Shown in pieces: positions 40,001 to 52,460 of a stretch of 64,000 bases of DNA. Origin of the DNA: Styela clava. Taxonomy: Eukaryota. The stretch covers positions 15,996,001 through 16,060,000 of the forward strand of contig NC_135256.1 in the NCBI RefSeq assembly GCF_964204865.1. Direction: 5' to 3'. How positions within the stretch are numbered: the first letter of the stretch is position 1; each line of letters opens with the position of its first letter. The position numbers were made by a program, and so were the translations under genes. The notes beneath the pieces were generated by a model. It was not told the DNA's origin. It did no database searches and saw only the letters and a list, made by a program, of their open reading frames with translations.

Positions 40001-43000
40001 TAACTATGTTGACATTGCAGATTACCCGTCTCGGGTTGGTTCAATCCCTATAAATATCGTATAAAAAAGGTTACAATGTGCATGAACGATTGAGTGAGCT
40101 CTATTTGTTAGAATATGCAGAAAGGGTACGAGCCGCCCGCAAGAAGGACTGATATTTCTGCTTGGGGCGTTTATAAACAAATCTGAAGGTATACAAATAA
40201 AGTTTCCCAAAAGATGCCGCGTAACATTCCTTCAAATGTTATCAACAAATCAATATCTACATTATGACATATGAATAGAGAACTTGTGCCAGAAAATGCA
40301 AGCTTGGACAAATATAATATTTTTTGTCAGCTATGTTTAACGTTTCTTACAACTTAATAGCAAATATTGCAGCGTTTGATTAGAGTATTTGACTAATAAA
40401 TTACTATATCGCTAAGCCAAACAACTCCGAGCTTATTTATTTGTTTATTTAATTTTATTAAATTTTGCAATCTTATACATCTCGAATACACACGAATATA
40501 CATGGTTATATCTATATACGATAACGAACTTGCACAAATCAAATAAAACTACACTAAAAGTACGCTTTCGTTTTTAAAAACATTTTATGCATAAAAGAAT
40601 ATATATATATATATTCAAAAACACTTTAACGACAATATACCATGCAGAAACAAAAAAACTTTTCGTTTTTTAGGCCCGGAGATCATGAAACGCCATAAAT
40701 CGGGTACTATTTTAATGTTATTGTTGACAAACTTTTGTATATTGTGTTATTGTAACGGCAGTTCTCCTCTTATCACTAATAAGGATGCCAAGTATGAGTA
40801 CCTACAAGTATTCGATTCTTATCCGATTCCTAAATTTTCGATTCCGATTCTCGATTCCTCGACATATTACCGAAAAAATATACCCACCCAAGCAATACCA
40901 TATGGAATCAAGCAAGACAGCGATGTTCAAATTCTGGACGGACAAGAAGGCCGAAACTAAGTAGTATGGGTATCCAATCTGCCACATGAGACAAAACCGC
41001 ACAAAAAAAAAAGAATCCCTCAGAACCCACAGAGATTTTTAAAATAAATAAACGTTAAAGCCTACTAGCGATATTTATAATATATATATTATATATAGTG
41101 AAGTTTGCGGTGTCGTAGCAACTCAACATAGCAGTGAAGTAGTTTATTCATATATATATATGTGAAGAAATTGCCACAAAACGTTACACATTGTTTGCAA
41201 TCCAAGTTTCAAACTCGAGAATCGATTCCGGTGCATCGGAATCGATTCTAGTCGATTCCGCGAAGAATCGATTCTGTAATCGAATCCGGACTCGATTCCG
41301 CCATCCCTAATCACTAATGCATGATTTACATTTATGTTAGAAGAATGAATCAAAGTTACCGGGTTGGACAAAATATGGTGAAATAATCTCAGGTTGCGTC
41401 AAAGAAATACAAATTGAAAACGACAGTTTGTTGTGTGGTACTATAAGCACTGTGCGACCTATAAAATGCCTTGAAGCGGTTATTTGGTGTTTCCAATTTA
41501 GTAGGTGATGCATTACGTATGAGAAGAAATTATATGAAATCCGATAATGACGGCATTCTGCTGTATAAAAACGATGGGAACCAATTAAATTATAGAAGCA
41601 TTAATACATTTCTTGCCATTACAAAAAGCAGGAAAGGGCCAAAGTCGATACTCCACTTTTTTAAAATATCCCTCATCATGGCGAAACTGAAATACTCCAA
41701 CTATTTCACTGATATTGTTTAAATCCAACGTTTATCTTAAATAAATAGTACTGATGTACTGATAAAAATACGATATTGATTTAATGGTACGTATCAATTG
41801 CATCAATTGATATAAAACAGGCGGGGAATTATTAAAAGTATTTAACGATTTAAATAAAAAATTCATCTCGAACTCGATTGAAAACGACAAATACCAAGTT
41901 CAAGGTACAATGTGTGTTATAAAGTAAATTGGTGAAGTTTATTAATATAATTTAGGTGAAGACCACCCGATTACGAAAGTTTACCTGGGGTTATGCAAGT
42001 GAACGTGCAAGCATCTGATTCGGCGCAACACACTTTTCCTTTACCACATGTCCCTCCAGCAATCCCACATTCACCTTTTGCCTCACAATAGTCTACGGCA
42101 TTTGTCGGAAAAGAACAACTATCAGGCATTCCGAATTCTCCTATAAAACAGTTGACTACATAGAAATGCTGAACCGCAGTAGATTAAATTGTTAAGATTT
42201 CGAAGATGAAATAAATAAATTTTAGCACATGGAGAAAATGAATAATTTGTCAAGTAGATTTTTGTTGAAATAGTGGATTTCGAAGTCAAAATCTTATGAA
42301 ATGGATGTCACACAATAAAGGCAAGTAAACAATTCACTGTCAAATAGATTTTCACAGTGAATATAATAATACTTTAGTAACAATATATGAGCCTGCCTTT
42401 TAAATAACACAACATGCAAAGAGACTCTTTAATTTGTAGCCTCTGCTATCCCGTGAATTTAGAGCGTAATCTCTTGTAGCACCATGTAATGTAAATTTTA
42501 CATTGCCAGCCAGAACAAAAAGAAACGATGCGGTAAAGAATTTAACATGACAGGCTATTTTTGAATGATCGTACATTATTTTATGGTAAAATATAATATA
42601 AAATACAACTTTTCTCCGTTTTCATTACCCTTACATCGTTCTTTACCAAGTAATTACTATGAAATATAATTATCGTACTCTTGCGATGCACTATGTCACG
42701 CACTTGCATTGTAATGCACAAAATAAGTTGAATAACATTGTTGCACTACTTGTCATACGAAAATAAAATTAAATACATACGTGTCATACAATTGTCCCCG
42801 GTGAATCCTATTGGGCATAAGCAAATCGAATCTACTCCGCCATATGGTTTAAAGCAGACTTTGCCTCCGGAACATTTTGAGTTTACGCAAGGTTCTAAAG
42901 TATAAAATTATAAAATAGTTAAAAGATAGATATACATAGATAAAATATGCATATTTTGCGAAAATAGAACACAGAACTTCAATCATTTATTGTAGAAAGT

Positions 43001-43254
43001 ACAGACTTTTTGATGTAATGCATCCACGCGCTGACAATAATGTCAATAAAACAATATATATTTATGAGATTTTAAAGATTTCAAAACGACGATACTTTGA
43101 TAAATTGTATTTTCATATGAATGATTTAACTTCATTCCACAACAAAAAACTATTCAATATACGCTGCCTTTTATATTAGTCTGTGATTATTTCTAACGTT
43201 GTTAGTGAGTACCTGGTATTTCGGCCAATCCTGATCTACTATGATCTATGACAG
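37031..43254 (-). CDS. Cysteine-rich mosaic protein (EGF-WAP-EGF-WAP-Pro-rich-2x Cys module), probably secreted; exons 43254-43213, 42894-42781, 42140-41985, 39317-39192, 38627-38478, 37967-37707, 37206-37031; 5' exon(s) not identified
   Basis: EGF-like EPCVNSKCSGGKVCFKPYGGVDSICLCPIGFTGDNC and GCSNPYDLKKCTDDNKVC...FSCYCPMGFYGDQC. WAP-like CSFPTNAVDYCEAKGECGIAGGTCGKGKVCCAESDACTFTC and CDVPQIDICESFQNPTCADTSFCDGDKICCSTGCGTRCVDP. Internal exons are multiples of 3 with phase-1 AG/GT borders; stop TGA at 37031-37033. The 42-nt first exon listed is less certain. Confidence 0.85.
40780..41309. mobile_element. hAT (Ac-type) MITE, 530 bp, in an intron of the EGF/WAP gene
   Basis: TIRs TAAGGATGCC / CGCCATCCCTA with subterminal CGATTC/GAATCG repeats; perfect TSD ATCACTAA at 40772-40779 and 41310-41317. 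Confidence 0.9.
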
Positions 43255-44630
43255 CTAAAACACATGTCAATAGCACGCAGTATCTGATATCCATTTATGC
43301 AGATGTGAACTGCCAATCCTTTATCCAGCAGGAACGGCAGACGAGAATACGAATGCTGCAAACTGGCAGAGCATGATTTACAGAACAATCAAAGCAGAAA
43401 AAATAGTGTAATAATGCCATGCCGGAGGCTAAATATAAATACAGTTTGGTTAATGCGGATACCATTTTGGGGTCGATCAAAATGTTGGATTGGGTGAAGT
43501 CGAATCATAGTCTCGACTCATATAACCCATCCACAGGGCAGGACTCAGACCACCTAACACCACACAGTGGGCCATATACTGGGCGCCGCGCAACCCGCTT
43601 CGATAAGACGTGGTTCGATAAAACGCAAAAAGAACTTGTCTTTGGGACAGCACTTCATTAGATTTTATATTTATTTTTGACGAACTAATTGCTTTATGTC
43701 TCATATAGGGGTCATAGCTTATTGGCACTGGATTACTCTTATTTATCACAGAGATAAGAATCCACATCGGGCGTCGGAATATTCAAATATTTGTGTCATA
43801 TGCATGAAGTAAATGGCAAAGCAGTGAAACGAGGTATACCAATCAGCAATGTTGAGGGATTACAAAACTGAATATGTATAAAATATTATCTATATTGGAC
43901 GAAATGATATATCAAGAGAAATCTTATTAAACATTAGATTTTCAATTGTTGTTTAGGCAAAAAATTTATGCGTATGTCAGGTTTGTCTATGACTAAGGAG
44001 ATGAAATTTAAGATCTTATCGAATACTATACGATGAAAAGACTAAAATATTTAGAACGCATTTTTGGTATCCGTCAGTACAATGGTACAAAAATTATGCT
44101 AAACTACTCGCTAGCCTGATCCTCGTCTGACTTTTGAGCGAATTCTGTTACCATAAACACCTTCGGCAATAAAATCTACTTATTTAAGTGATTTAATAAT
44201 TACACGCACTGATTATTAAAATCTTTTATAACTAAAAGGAATTTATTTCAGTGAATAGCTTGAAGAATATCTTTTAGTAATCTAATGTTCGGAACATTTC
44301 AACTATTTTATTCAGTTGGGTACTATGGCCAAGTGAGGGCTACTCATATTCAAAATTACTGGGGGCTGGTCTTTCTAGAAAATATATTTCAAAGTGAACC
44401 CAAATATGTTTTAGTGCCTCTAACTTTTAGTGCCTTTAACTTTAGCGATTTAATAGAAAAGCGATTTGTAGATAATTGAGTAACCGCCTAAATCTGTACA
44501 TTCTTTACGCGCGTTGTAGTTTCTCGCCTGGTGATTATTCGCTAATCAAGACAGCGCTATTCACATTGTTTATTACGACGCTAGAGTTCTATTCTTAAAA
44601 AGATAGGTGCAAATATGACCAAATAATGAA

Positions 44631-46368
44631 ACGAGAATATCGGTTGGAGACCGAAGACTTATTGATCGAAACTGTGTTTTCGATTCATGACTCTATAGCA
44701 GCGGTTCCCAAAGTGGGCGAAAACGCCTCCTTGTAGGCGTTTTCCATAACTTGGGGGGCGCTGATGGCGATTTGGGCAATTGGGGGCGCTGGCTGTCAAA
44801 TTGGGCGATTAGGGGGCGCTGACATCAATACGGGAACTCACAAGAAGTATGATATTTTATGCCATTTACTCCTATGTTTCGTTTCAAACTAGTTTACTTG
44901 TGATTTGGGTGTTGGAAATTTCTCGCTCAACGTAGAAATAGGTATTATGACTTTTTTAAATCCGTATTGTTTTACAATAAATCAATAATACATGGCGCAT
45001 ACAGCATAAGCTTTCTCCACCACATTGCACGTTTCGTTTTACTGTTTTGAATAACAGCTTCAGCTTTGAAGCGGTAGTGTAAGTACAACACCCTTAATAC
45101 CGTATAATTTTGGTTTTGTTAAGAGCAAAATGTGAGAGCTGGGCATCTGATTGAACTGACATACGCCAGATAGAACCATCTCCATGTTGCGACTCAACTC
45201 GTTCATTTTCTTTTCTTGGGTCATTGGATAATAAGGCTACATAGGTAATACATAAATTGGCAAAAGGCAAAGATCTAGCTTGTTGTTAAATCATGTTGTG
45301 TCTTACATTGTTTTAAGTCGGTTTGTTATTTGTGTTGCGTAAGTTCATAATATCAAATACAGTGATTTAAGCAGCATATTTACCCGATTTATATTAAAAA
45401 CAGTATTATACAGCGTGGTCCCAAAAAAACGAAAATGGAGTAAATTATTCAATTTTGTCTAAACTTGAACTTCTGTTTGATTATGTTTGTACCCAAAAGT
45501 GTCGGAAAATTGAGTATTTCTCCATTTTATTTCTGCAATCACAGCCTTGAGTTCACCAATCGTTTGAGGATTGTTCTGATACAAATTGTCCTTCGAACTC
45601 CCTACATATCAAAATCCGTAATGTTCCGTTTGGACTCTTCCATTTCCATGTCCTGATAGCAGAAGGTGCGCTTTAGCAGAAAACTAAGCGAGTGGTTGTA
45701 AATTTCGCAAAATTATTGAGTATAATCATACGAAAACAGAAGTTCAAGCACAAATAAGATTGAATACTTTTTTTGGAGATAGTAAAGAAATTTTTGTTTT
45801 TCTTTTTCTAGATAACCCTGAAGCAAATTTCCAGAAGCAAAAATGCACCACTACCATTGGATTTATACTTCCAAACTCATGTTCAGTGTTCCATCTTTTT
45901 GGGAACAGAATCAAATTGAAAATTTCCTCACGAGTGAGATCGGGTTAAAGGTTTTTTTTATTGCTCTTGCCAGCTCACTCTTGGTAGAGCAAGTAGGCTA
46001 TTTAGTGCAGTGACCGCACTTTTACACATCAAGAGAGATTCCTTCTACAGTGTCAAGAGAGGAGACTCAGGACTGTTTTTGACTAAAAAAAGCCAGATAT
46101 TATCAAGCTGGTGGCATTTCACTAGACTAAATAGAGAATAAAGTTGCTTTGACTTTTTTGTTAGGGGGGCGTTTGCTAGTTAAAAAGTCGTTTAAGGGGG
46201 CGCTTACAGAATAAAGTTTGGGAAACACTGCTCTATAGTAACACCGCATGTCCCATCACTAATTAATTTATAACTCGCTAATTATACGACATAATTCATT
46301 CAAATTCATAGGCTTCTGGTCCGAGATATGATGAATGCACATAAAAAATTTGGAGCAGATTCAACCTC
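44631..46368 (-). mobile_element. Helentron/DINE-1-like (HINE) non-autonomous element, interrupted by a hAT insertion
   Basis: Collinear with the uninterrupted copy at 51542-51820 on both sides of the hAT insertion. Confidence 0.65.
44699..46230. mobile_element. hAT (Buster/Charlie-like) non-autonomous element, 1532 bp
   Basis: TIRs CAGCGGTTCCCAAA / TTTGGGAAACACTG with GGGGGCG subterminal repeats; perfect TSD CTCTATAG at 44691-44698 and 46231-46238. Confidence 0.93.
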
Positions 46369-47066
46369 AATGCTCAAATATATTGACACGGAGGCCAAAA
46401 CGAAGTAATACGGGTATTCAATCTGTCACTATACATCAGAGCTACTCAACTATTTTACCGAAGATCAGCATACAAACTTCAAAATTATTTGGGTCCGGCT
46501 TTCCAGAAATTATATTTCGGCATCCTTAAACGCGCACTTCCTCGACCGGCTAATGATTATTAGCTAATCAAAATTGTTTAATATGATGTTATAGTTGTTT
46601 TCATATATATATATTCAAAACCTATAAAAGTCATTTTATAAAAGGAAACTTCAAAAGTGGGGATAATGATCCAAAATAAAGAATTAGGTGCGGTCTGAAT
46701 CAAATACTCGAAACGTCCGGACCGCGGACCGCCAGTTGAGTAACCCTGCAATACACAGTCGGTACCACAATCAATAAAATAAAAAATGAAGCGCGGTCAA
46801 AATTGAATACGCGAAAGGTCCGATTTCGGTTTGCGTCCGCCAGAGTAGGCTTGGCGTAGCGTAGTGTTTATGGATTTGTATCTACTGTGATGGCATCGCA
46901 GGTGAAGAATCGTGCGTTCAAATAATTCCATCCACCTCACCTACAGCAGGATGTAATAAGTTGCAGAGTACGCAATGTCCAACTTGAAAGATTTCTGTTC
47001 TTTCAAAATATGGCAGATTTGTATGTAGCATCGGCTTTTTATACAGAATCGTATAGCACACAGTTA

Positions 47067-47185
47067 TCACATATTTATCCCGGGGGAGCAAAAAGTTGAT
47101 AAGACGGCTTTTTCATATGGCGAACGACGAACTGTGGTTCCGTTGCAAGTTTATGTCGGGTATGGGATTACTCAGCCATTTGTTT
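47067..47185 (-). mobile_element. 3' fragment of the same tRNA-SINE as 3053-3899
   Basis: ACATATTTATCCCGGGGGAG...ATGTCGGGTATGGGATTA approximately matches the reverse complement of 3778-3880. Confidence 0.75.
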
Positions 47186-47633
47186 TGATTTACCCAGGTG
47201 CTGCAATCAATTGTTTAGATTTATATGAAAAATCGATAAGCAAAAATGCGTGATTGCGAAAATGCCTTTTTTGCGTGAACTAGTAGGAAAGATAAATTCT
47301 GACCCACTGGTGTGGTGGAAAGTCAAATGGCTCAAAATATATGTGTGTACATGCTACTTGTGTACCATCAGAAAGTGTATTCAGTACGACAGAAATAAAT
47401 GGGAATTCAAATCGTTCATCCCTACTTCCTGAAATTGTCGATATGCTAAAATTCCTGCGACAGCATGCGCACCTGTTAAATGACATTGAATAAACGCTCT
47501 TGCTATAAAATCATAAACAATATATTCCGACCGGAAGCTGATTCTAAACTTGTCATTTTCATAATCAGCAATACTAGCACTTTGAATATTTCTTACATTT
47601 TCCCGATGCTTACCATTTGAGGTAGTGATATAC

Positions 47634-48180
47634 CAGGGATGGCGAACCACTGACCCGCGGGTCACAAAGTGACCCACCGCGTTTTATTTGTGACCCGCCA
47701 AGCGAAGGCACGAATAAAATAAAAAAAAGGTAACATATCAGTGATAAAAATTGATGAAAAAGACCTTAAATTAATCTAACAATAACTAAACTATTATAAT
47801 GTAGCCTACCGTCAGTTGGACAGTCAGGAAGGGCTGCGATGGCTCATGTTCAAAATGTTGATTTTCGAACCGGTATGGTAATTTTCAAAACCCCTAATCT
47901 TGTACGCATGTATGCACCGCTGTGTACCGTTATTCAGTTATTGGGCCTGACATCGTTTATGACATAACAATGCAATTGATCTGTTCATTTCTCGCAACGC
48001 CTGTCTTTGTTGGAAGTGCATTTGCAGACTGTTGAAGTTGACTGAAGTTGATTCTGTGTCTCATTATAAAAGATACATGCGCTCTAGTCCGAGATCTAGA
48101 CCTAACGAGTTCGGATTGAACAATAAAACATTTCGTGCAAATAATGACAAATTTATTGACCCTGCAAGTCATTTCCAGAG
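47634..48180. mobile_element. Left end of a hAT element; right end not found
   Basis: CAGGGATGGCGAACC terminus with TGACCC subterminal repeats, preceded by TGATATAC. The right boundary is approximate. Confidence 0.55.
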
Positions 48181-48214
48181 TGTGTCAAATTCTATCTCTG
48201 CTAAATGCTAAATC

Positions 48215-48730
48215 TCATAATTCTTGTACAGCAGTTGTCAAGAAATGCATTTTTTCCACAAAATGAACTATTTTAAAGAATGTGTTTGATGAAAAGTGCT
48301 CAATCAAAAGAATATCTTAGCAGTCATATGATGTACATGGTAGACCAGACCCAAGTGCATGATATTAAAGGCATGTATAATGCTGATGCATTTTCATTGT
48401 TTCATTTGATTGTGTTGATTTATTTGAGAACACTGGTCTGAAGCAAGCTTATGCTGATTTATCTTTGAACAACAACAATGTCAAACTTAAAATTGATACT
48501 GGTTGAAATGCCTGTCCTGCCATTGTATGTTTTAATAGTGTCAGATCTGATAAAAAGATTGACGGAAGAAATCCTGTAGTTTTGATTGATTATGGATTTA
48601 ATAATATAATTTCTACAACTGGATCTGTTGGTATAAAATGTATTTTTCGCAATGTCCCATATTCAAGTGGTTGATGGAAATGTCACACCTATTCTTGGTA
48701 TCAATGTTTGTTTGAATTTGAATGTTTTTA
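48215..48730 (+). pseudogene. Decayed Gypsy LTR-retrotransposon gag-protease fragment
   Basis: Frameshifted zinc-knuckle remnant (CTAVVKKCIF..HKMNYF..C), then KQAYADLSLNNNNVKLKIDTG* (aspartic protease DTG), LIDYG..I.TTGSV and QVVDGNVTPILG. Stops and frameshifts are present. Confidence 0.7.
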
Positions 48731-50922
48731 CTTGAAATGTGGCATGCGTTGAAACACCAAAGTGTTCCCCTCTGTAATTTTGTCCTAGTCCGGTAAAAAT
48801 ATAGTGTGTCCATTAAGTCCATCTTATGTAAATAGCAAAGAGAATTTATCAACACCATATATTGTTTTGCCTCCCTTACAGATATATTAAATGAAATTAA
48901 AATATTGATTGAAAAAATAACAAACCTGGTTGAGATATATTGAGAATTGACTTCATTACAAAATTGAAAGTGTGAAGTGACTTTATCAAGTGCAGTTTTA
49001 GGTATTTTGGTCGTCTGAAGCTTCCGCAAAACCATGTCGGGATTTCCAAACCATGGCCGCTATGGCCAAACCACGACGACTGACTTTTAACTGGCTACAA
49101 ACCAATGACGAGGGGCGGGTACCACGACAGCAAATTGAAAACCTATGGCGGGTGATTTTTTGTTGCCACAAACATAGTCATGTTGGCCGTAATGGCATGC
49201 AGGTGTGACGACCCTTGTTTTGCCTGTTAAATGACGTCATGTGATATCGTTTCCATATTTGGTATTCTAGCAGTTTAGACGCTGCGACACGGTCGATCGG
49301 TTCTCGGGGGCAGCGTGGTCTGTTGGTGTATGCTGTGTGTGACAGAGTGCAGTCGTCTGAGTGTTTCGGTTTGATTGGTGGGTTTTGAATGTCTGTGTGA
49401 ATGCCTCTGGTCTTCAGGGATGTTTGTCTGTGTTGTGTGACTGTCGGATGTTTTGTGCTGGACAGTGGGCTGACGTAGGGACCATGTTATTGTTTTTACC
49501 AGTACAGTGCCATTACAGTTCATTTACCGTAGTGTTGTATTTTCAGTTTTATCGTGGAATTAGCTTTCATCAGTATTGTTCAAATGTTGTGCACCTATAG
49601 AATTGTTCATAGTCTTTTTAAATGCCTGTCATAAGTTACTTTCGGCCTGTTTTGCAAATTCTGAAATTGCAGTAGCTAGTTCATTGTACCAGATTCTAGG
49701 GGTCATTTGGTTTTTTATTCAGAGTTGTCTTGGATTTCAGGGTTGGTCAGTGTTTTTGTTGTGTATGTGGTCTTTCTTGCATTTTACTGCCTGGTATCTG
49801 TTATTTTTATTTTATGCTTTTCGTTCCTTTGGGGAGTGTTTGGTTGTTTTGGATCGTTTACTGTTCGAGTTGTTAATAAATGACATAAAATAGCATAAAG
49901 ACTTGGACTATTGAGAGAAAACTTGACGTCAGATCATATTAGAAGATATTCTGAACCTGGATAATTATTTCATACATTGCCGGTACGCTACACAGGGCTG
50001 CCCCTGATGTGACAAACTTGGGGTAAGGAACATTTTACCTATGGATATAGTTTTGATGAATTTGGTGTTCGATTTCAGGTTTGAGTAGATATAATTCCGC
50101 ATGATAAACTAAAATCTGGCACATGACTTTGTGAACTATAACGGTAATAGAGCCATAAAACCATGACAAGAAATGCCGCGGTTCATTTGTGACAGGAGCA
50201 GTCATGAAGTGGTAAAAACTGCGCCTCGACTTTATGGACATCCTATAAGTTTTCTATTTGCTCAAACATTGATTCTTTCTCAGCAGTGTTAAGATTACAC
50301 GAATTGATAACCTTTGCAAAATAATCTACAATCCAAAAGTTTCCCTGACGAGGATAGGCATTTTATGGTATTTTCCAAAACCGATGCGTAGATCTTTTGG
50401 GTGTTACCTTATGACAGCAAATAGCTCTTCTGTGTTAACTTAAGTTCTCAATCAGGCACCGTACTATGTGCTATCAAACTCATCCGTTATGAGATGACGT
50501 TAGCCGCCGTTGTGAGGTCATTAACATAACGAACATCCAGCAGTCCAGGGTTTGAAATAGGCAGAGTAACTTTCACCAAGTTTGGTTGTTAAACGAATAC
50601 CGGTACTACCAATCAATAAGAGTGAAAAAATCAAAAAATTAATGGACATGTTCTCAATAATTTGTATTTTGCGATTTGCTTATAATTTACTAATATTGGA
50701 ATATATTTGGAGGACCGGCAGAAAGGTTGCCGCGGACCGGTGGTTGAGAACCACTATTTTACACCATTGTTTTTGATGCCGAACCATGTAGTTCAAGGGA
50801 AAGGAGTAAACTATATAATCATGTTCCATGAGCCAAATCGCGAAAAATTTCTAACGGTCATTGGTAGAAAGTTCTAACGAATCCTGCCCGTAGAAACTTG
50901 TATAAAAGGATTTGTTATAGAT

Positions 50923-52460
50923 CAGGGGTGACGAACCCATTTGCTCTCGCGGGCCATTTTATCAGTCACCGCTGAGTAAGCGGGCCGCACAACTTTTTAG
51001 TCATATATAGTATGATGCCTATCAATTTTCATCAACAAAAACGAACAACAGCATCCATACAGATGAAGTTATCTAATGATATATTGCAGTATAAAATAAA
51101 AATAAAACATTCAATTCAGGTTTTGCTAAGTGAAATTTTTGGAAAGTTTTTTGCTTTACTAAGCGCTTCATATTAGGACGAAATGACGATTCGGAATCTC
51201 CAAACTACATACCAAGATTTTCGTCCGTCAGTCTAGACCTGTCATCTTACTCGGCCGCGCTCCGCTCGGCTGTTGGAGATCCGAATTTCCGTTCGAAAAA
51301 CGAAGCATTCTTGACTCGAATGTTTGTGTCGACTACCAAGGTATCACTGTACAATCAATTTATATTGTGCTACTAAATTATAGAGTTTAATATTTCATCA
51401 CAGACCTAGAGATTTCTCTAACGTTGATATCTCGAAAATAATCTTGGGTGGTAGTATTATGAAAAAGCGGAGTTAGTGTTGCATGAACACATCAAATTTT
51501 TATAAATCCCAACATCGCTAAAATACGAATCAAAACTAAATACGAGAATATCGGTCTGAGACCGAAGACTTATCGATCGAAACTGCGTTTTCGATTCATG
51601 ACTCTATAGTGACACTGCGCGTCCCATCACTAATTAATTAATAGCACACTAATTATACGACATAATTCATCCAAAATCAATTGTCTTCTGGTCTGAGATA
51701 TGATGAATGCACATACAAAATTTGGAGCAGAGTCAACCACGCCTTCGTGAGATATCGCGTGCATCTAACAGACAATACCTATCAACATACTTACCGATCT
51801 AAAGATAGATAAGTGATAATCGGGCTGTCTGAAACACTATGTATGGTCGTGATATTTCATAGTAATGTTTATATTTTGTCGACGCAACCGCAGGTTACAT
51901 TAACTTACAATTGAATTAATATAAAGAAAAACATTTTAAATAGACCCAGATTTGTCGTCAACAAATTTCACATTAGTGGCGAGGGCTTCGTACAAAAGAG
52001 CCGTATTTCGAAAGCCTCCGGATACAGAAGTGAAATAAACGAATCAATCCTGTAACAATTAACTGATTTTTAAAACGTAGGCATGTTTTGGGATGTACCA
52101 TTATTTTAATCACTGAGCTGAAGTTATAAACTTTTTATTACTTTTAGTTGTCCCGTGTATCGTGCGCCGAAACATTAGATGTTCGCAAAGTGAGGTTACC
52201 ACTACTCCCCTAATCCCTATGCGTTTGTCGATAAGCCAACGTAACTAGGCTGAGACATTGGTTATTTTGATTTATTGTTGATCCAACAAAACAAGATGTA
52301 CTGCAAATAGCGTTGTCAGTAAAATAAGTAATATTGGCGCTCCCATTTTATATGTACAGTCTCTGAAGGTTTATGACTTCAAGCCAAACATTAACTGAAT
52401 CGTCTGAATGCTTCGCGGGCCGCACAAAATTCTTTGACGGGCGCAGGTTTGTCACCTCTG
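50923..52460. mobile_element. hAT (Buster/Charlie-like) deletion derivative, 1538 bp, with a transposase C-terminal remnant
   Basis: TIRs CAGGGGTGACGAACC / GGTTTGTCACCTCTG; TSD TTATAGAT / TTTTAGAT. Minus-strand RSRLTDENL at about 51214-51240 resembles the hAT dimerisation-domain end. Confidence 0.85.
51542..51820 (-). mobile_element. Helentron/DINE-1-like (HINE) non-autonomous element nested in the hAT
   Basis: On the - strand: 5' subterminal ACTTATCTATC with an adjacent inverted repeat GATCGGTAAGT, a TGTCTG remnant, 3' subTIR GATCGATAAGT, then a terminal hairpin TCGGTCTCAGACCGA. No TSD. This is the HINE/DINE-1 architecture. Confidence 0.65.

Noticed and set aside
40685-40960. + strand ORF with a signal-peptide-like start (MKRHKSGTILMLLLTNFCILCYC)
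   Set aside because: Most of it is MITE sequence; removing the MITE gives a stop two codons after the insertion site.
43419-43767. GC-richer block with ORFs on both strands; candidate first exon of the EGF/WAP gene
   Set aside because: No signal peptide with a phase-1 donor and no recognisable homology.
49260-49900. Strand-skewed GT-rich tract, possibly a Penelope-like element remnant
   Set aside because: No diagnostic RT or GIY-YIG motif is readable; cannot be supported without a search.
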